This document shows positions 54,948-62,309 of a DNA stretch of 62,309 bases, one piece after another (position 1 is the stretch's first letter; the number at the start of each line of letters is the position of its first letter). The position numbers and the translations under genes are program-made. This DNA is from Salpingoeca rosetta (lineage: Eukaryota > Protista > Choanoflagellata), in assembly GCA_033442325.1 (NCBI GenBank), contig JAWQFM010000024.1, positions 504,185-566,493 on the forward strand. The letters run 5' to 3'. The notes below the pieces were generated by a model. The model searched no databases, had not been told where the DNA came from, and saw nothing but the letters and a program-made list of their open reading frames with translations.

Positions 54948-55214
54948 AGGCAAGTGCAACAACTTACTTACCTTTGACACAGTGTGACAGAACATTCGAA
55001 AATATCCACCCGTGTATGATGGAAGCGATGTAAAAGTTGCACACACGGCGTGCGTGATGCACTCAATCAATGCACACGCGTCTGCGTTGACATATGTGTG
55101 AACGTGTGGTTGCTTCCTGTGGCGTGCTGGTGTTTGCATGCATGCCCTTGCTATTGTGCGCAGGGGTTGGTCAGTTAGAAAAAAAGGTTGCTTCCTTGCC
55201 ATCACTTTCATTTA

Positions 55215-58250
<3,036 letters not shown>

Positions 58251-58357
58251 CTGCGTTCGAGGTAGGAGGAAGAGAGGAACGGTGAACATGCAACAAAGAG
58301 TTGGGGCGTGAGTTTGGTGGGGGATTGAAGCAGGACAATGGCGAGCGCACGGGCGGC

Positions 58358-58392
<35 letters not shown>

Positions 58393-58521
58393 TGAGAGAA
58401 ACGCACACACACACACAGATGCACACAGACACTGGCTCAGACAGACAGACAGACAGAGAGACAGACAGACAGAGAGACAGACAGACAGACACACTCACAC
58501 ACACACACACACACACACACG

Positions 58522-58621
58522 NNNNNNNNNNNNNNNNNNNNNNNNNNNNNNNNNNNNNNNNNNNNNNNNNNNNNNNNNNNNNNNNNNNNNNNNNNNNNNN
58601 NNNNNNNNNNNNNNNNNNNNN
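58522..58621. other. Assembly gap (N run)
   Basis: 100 Ns. Confidence 0.99.
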
Positions 58622-59002
58622 CTTGCAGCATGTGCTGTTCCCTAAGACATCTCAAGGTCGTGCAGGGCCTGCGTGCTTTTCTCTCGCATTCTGCTCCACT
58701 ATAGCCAACTCTCTCTTCTTCGATCGTCGCCCTCACCCGGCGGACTCCGCACTGAGACATAACCACTTAGACGTCGGCTATCCGTCTCGCCGCTCGCTCT
58801 AACCCTTCTCCGCTCTTCGCCGTCACGCTTCGCTGTCCATCTCTCTACTATCCTTATGTCATTTTTCGTCACACTCACACTCTCTCGTGCCTCTACTATC
58901 AGCAAAATCTTTTGCGCTCTCGTCCCGCTGCGTGTCCTCTCCTCTCGTACTCATCTCCTACTCTCGACTTCGTCTTTGTCTTACTTCTTTTTGTATGCTT
59001 CC

Positions 59003-59101
<99 letters not shown>

Positions 59102-59999
59102 ACACACACACACACGCGTGCACAACACACCACCAGCGCGGGTTCGCCACCACCATCTCTTTGGCTGTCGCCTTGTCGCACCATGGTTGGCAATTTTCAA
59201 GTACAAACACGAAAATGGCCCACAATGGGACAACACAAAAGCTGACCAACGCCGTTGCGTGTCGTTGACGAATTGAGTAGTATTTTCGTTTATGTCTTCC
59301 ACCATAAATCCGCGGAAACGGAAACAACGCCAGCCAACAGGCAGTTTTTTCGGGTGTGCGTGCAAGCAAGCAAGCAAACCCAGCCACAGAGCCGCAGTCG
59401 GGCACTGGCCATCCATTCAAGCAAGCCACGCTCTCCGCTTCGCGTTTGTCGGTTAACAAGCAAGCAAGCGAGCGAGTGAGGGTGTGCGTGTGTGTGTGTG
59501 TGTGTTTGCAGCTTCCTCTCCCCCTCTCCGTCTGTTTGATCCCCATCCGCACCCGCACAAGCGCAAAGCACTGCTTCTCCTTAGCTCCCTTTGTGTCATC
59601 ATCTTGAAAGCGCGCAACTCAACACAGCCGCAGCAACACCCGTTGCTCCACCAGCCACGAGATACTCAACCCTCCTTCTTCCCCAACAACCACCCCTCTT
59701 CCTTGGACACACCGTGCTTCAACTGCCAACGTTGAGCCGAGGTTGGTGTGCTCGTGTATGGACGTGCGTGTATGGACGTGCGTGTATCTATGGACGTGCG
59801 TGTATGGACGTGTGCGTCAATGTGTACAGGTCCACAGATGTGCGCTTGCTTGTGGCATGACAAAAGGCAACCAGAAAGAGGGAGAGGGAGCATGTCACCA
59901 TGATGTCTGCCTCCCGCCGCCACCACCACCACCACCACATCAACGTCCTCCTCACAGTCACATGGCGTGCGTTGCTCTCACGTACTCTCTCTCTCTCTC

Positions 60000-60039
<40 letters not shown>

Positions 60040-60183
60040 ACGCACTCTCACACGCACACACACACACGTTGACATTCTCTCGACCACACCACAGCTGTGT
60101 CGCCCAGGCCATCGCCAACAGCTTGCAGGCACCACACCTCCCTCCCTACATCCCCCTTCCCCACACACACACAGGCCAGCCCA

Positions 60184-62309
<2,126 letters not shown>

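Noticed and set aside
58622-59003. Compositionally odd CT-rich stretch after the 100-N gap
   Set aside because: Probably low-quality contig-end sequence; no credible ORF or RNA structure.

Overview
This is an intron-rich, GC-rich eukaryotic window. Introns are full of (GT)n/(CA)n microsatellites and exons carry poly-Q/T/D runs. The style and gene content point to a choanoflagellate such as Salpingoeca rosetta (inference). Most ORFs in the six-frame track are microsatellite or antisense artefacts. Manual GT-AG splicing gives about 11-12 genes in order: a small type I membrane protein (-), a DZANK1 orthologue (-), an SH2-PH-PH adaptor (+), an F-box/LRR protein (-), a BTB-SRA1/Sec31-C fusion (-), a DUF4062-NACHT-TPR protein (+, NPHP3/TEP1-like), a giant receptor tyrosine phosphatase of about 5122 aa (+), a dually acylated EF-hand protein (-), a sulfotransferase-like protein (+), WDR5 (-, split by gaps), and the 5' part of an alpha-dystroglycan-like/vWA protein (+). 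There are four main highlights. (1) The receptor PTP ectodomain has a cohesin and a dockerin on either side of furin-type sites, plus a SEA-like G|S motif and a TMEM132-like block, suggesting a cleave-and-clasp receptor. (2) The last gene reproduces the alpha-dystroglycan N-terminal region, including an ATPTP motif. (3) Introns show 5'-GT / 3'-CA polarity. (4) A 17-bp inverted repeat brackets one 73-nt exon. All family assignments come from motif recognition by eye; no searches were run.
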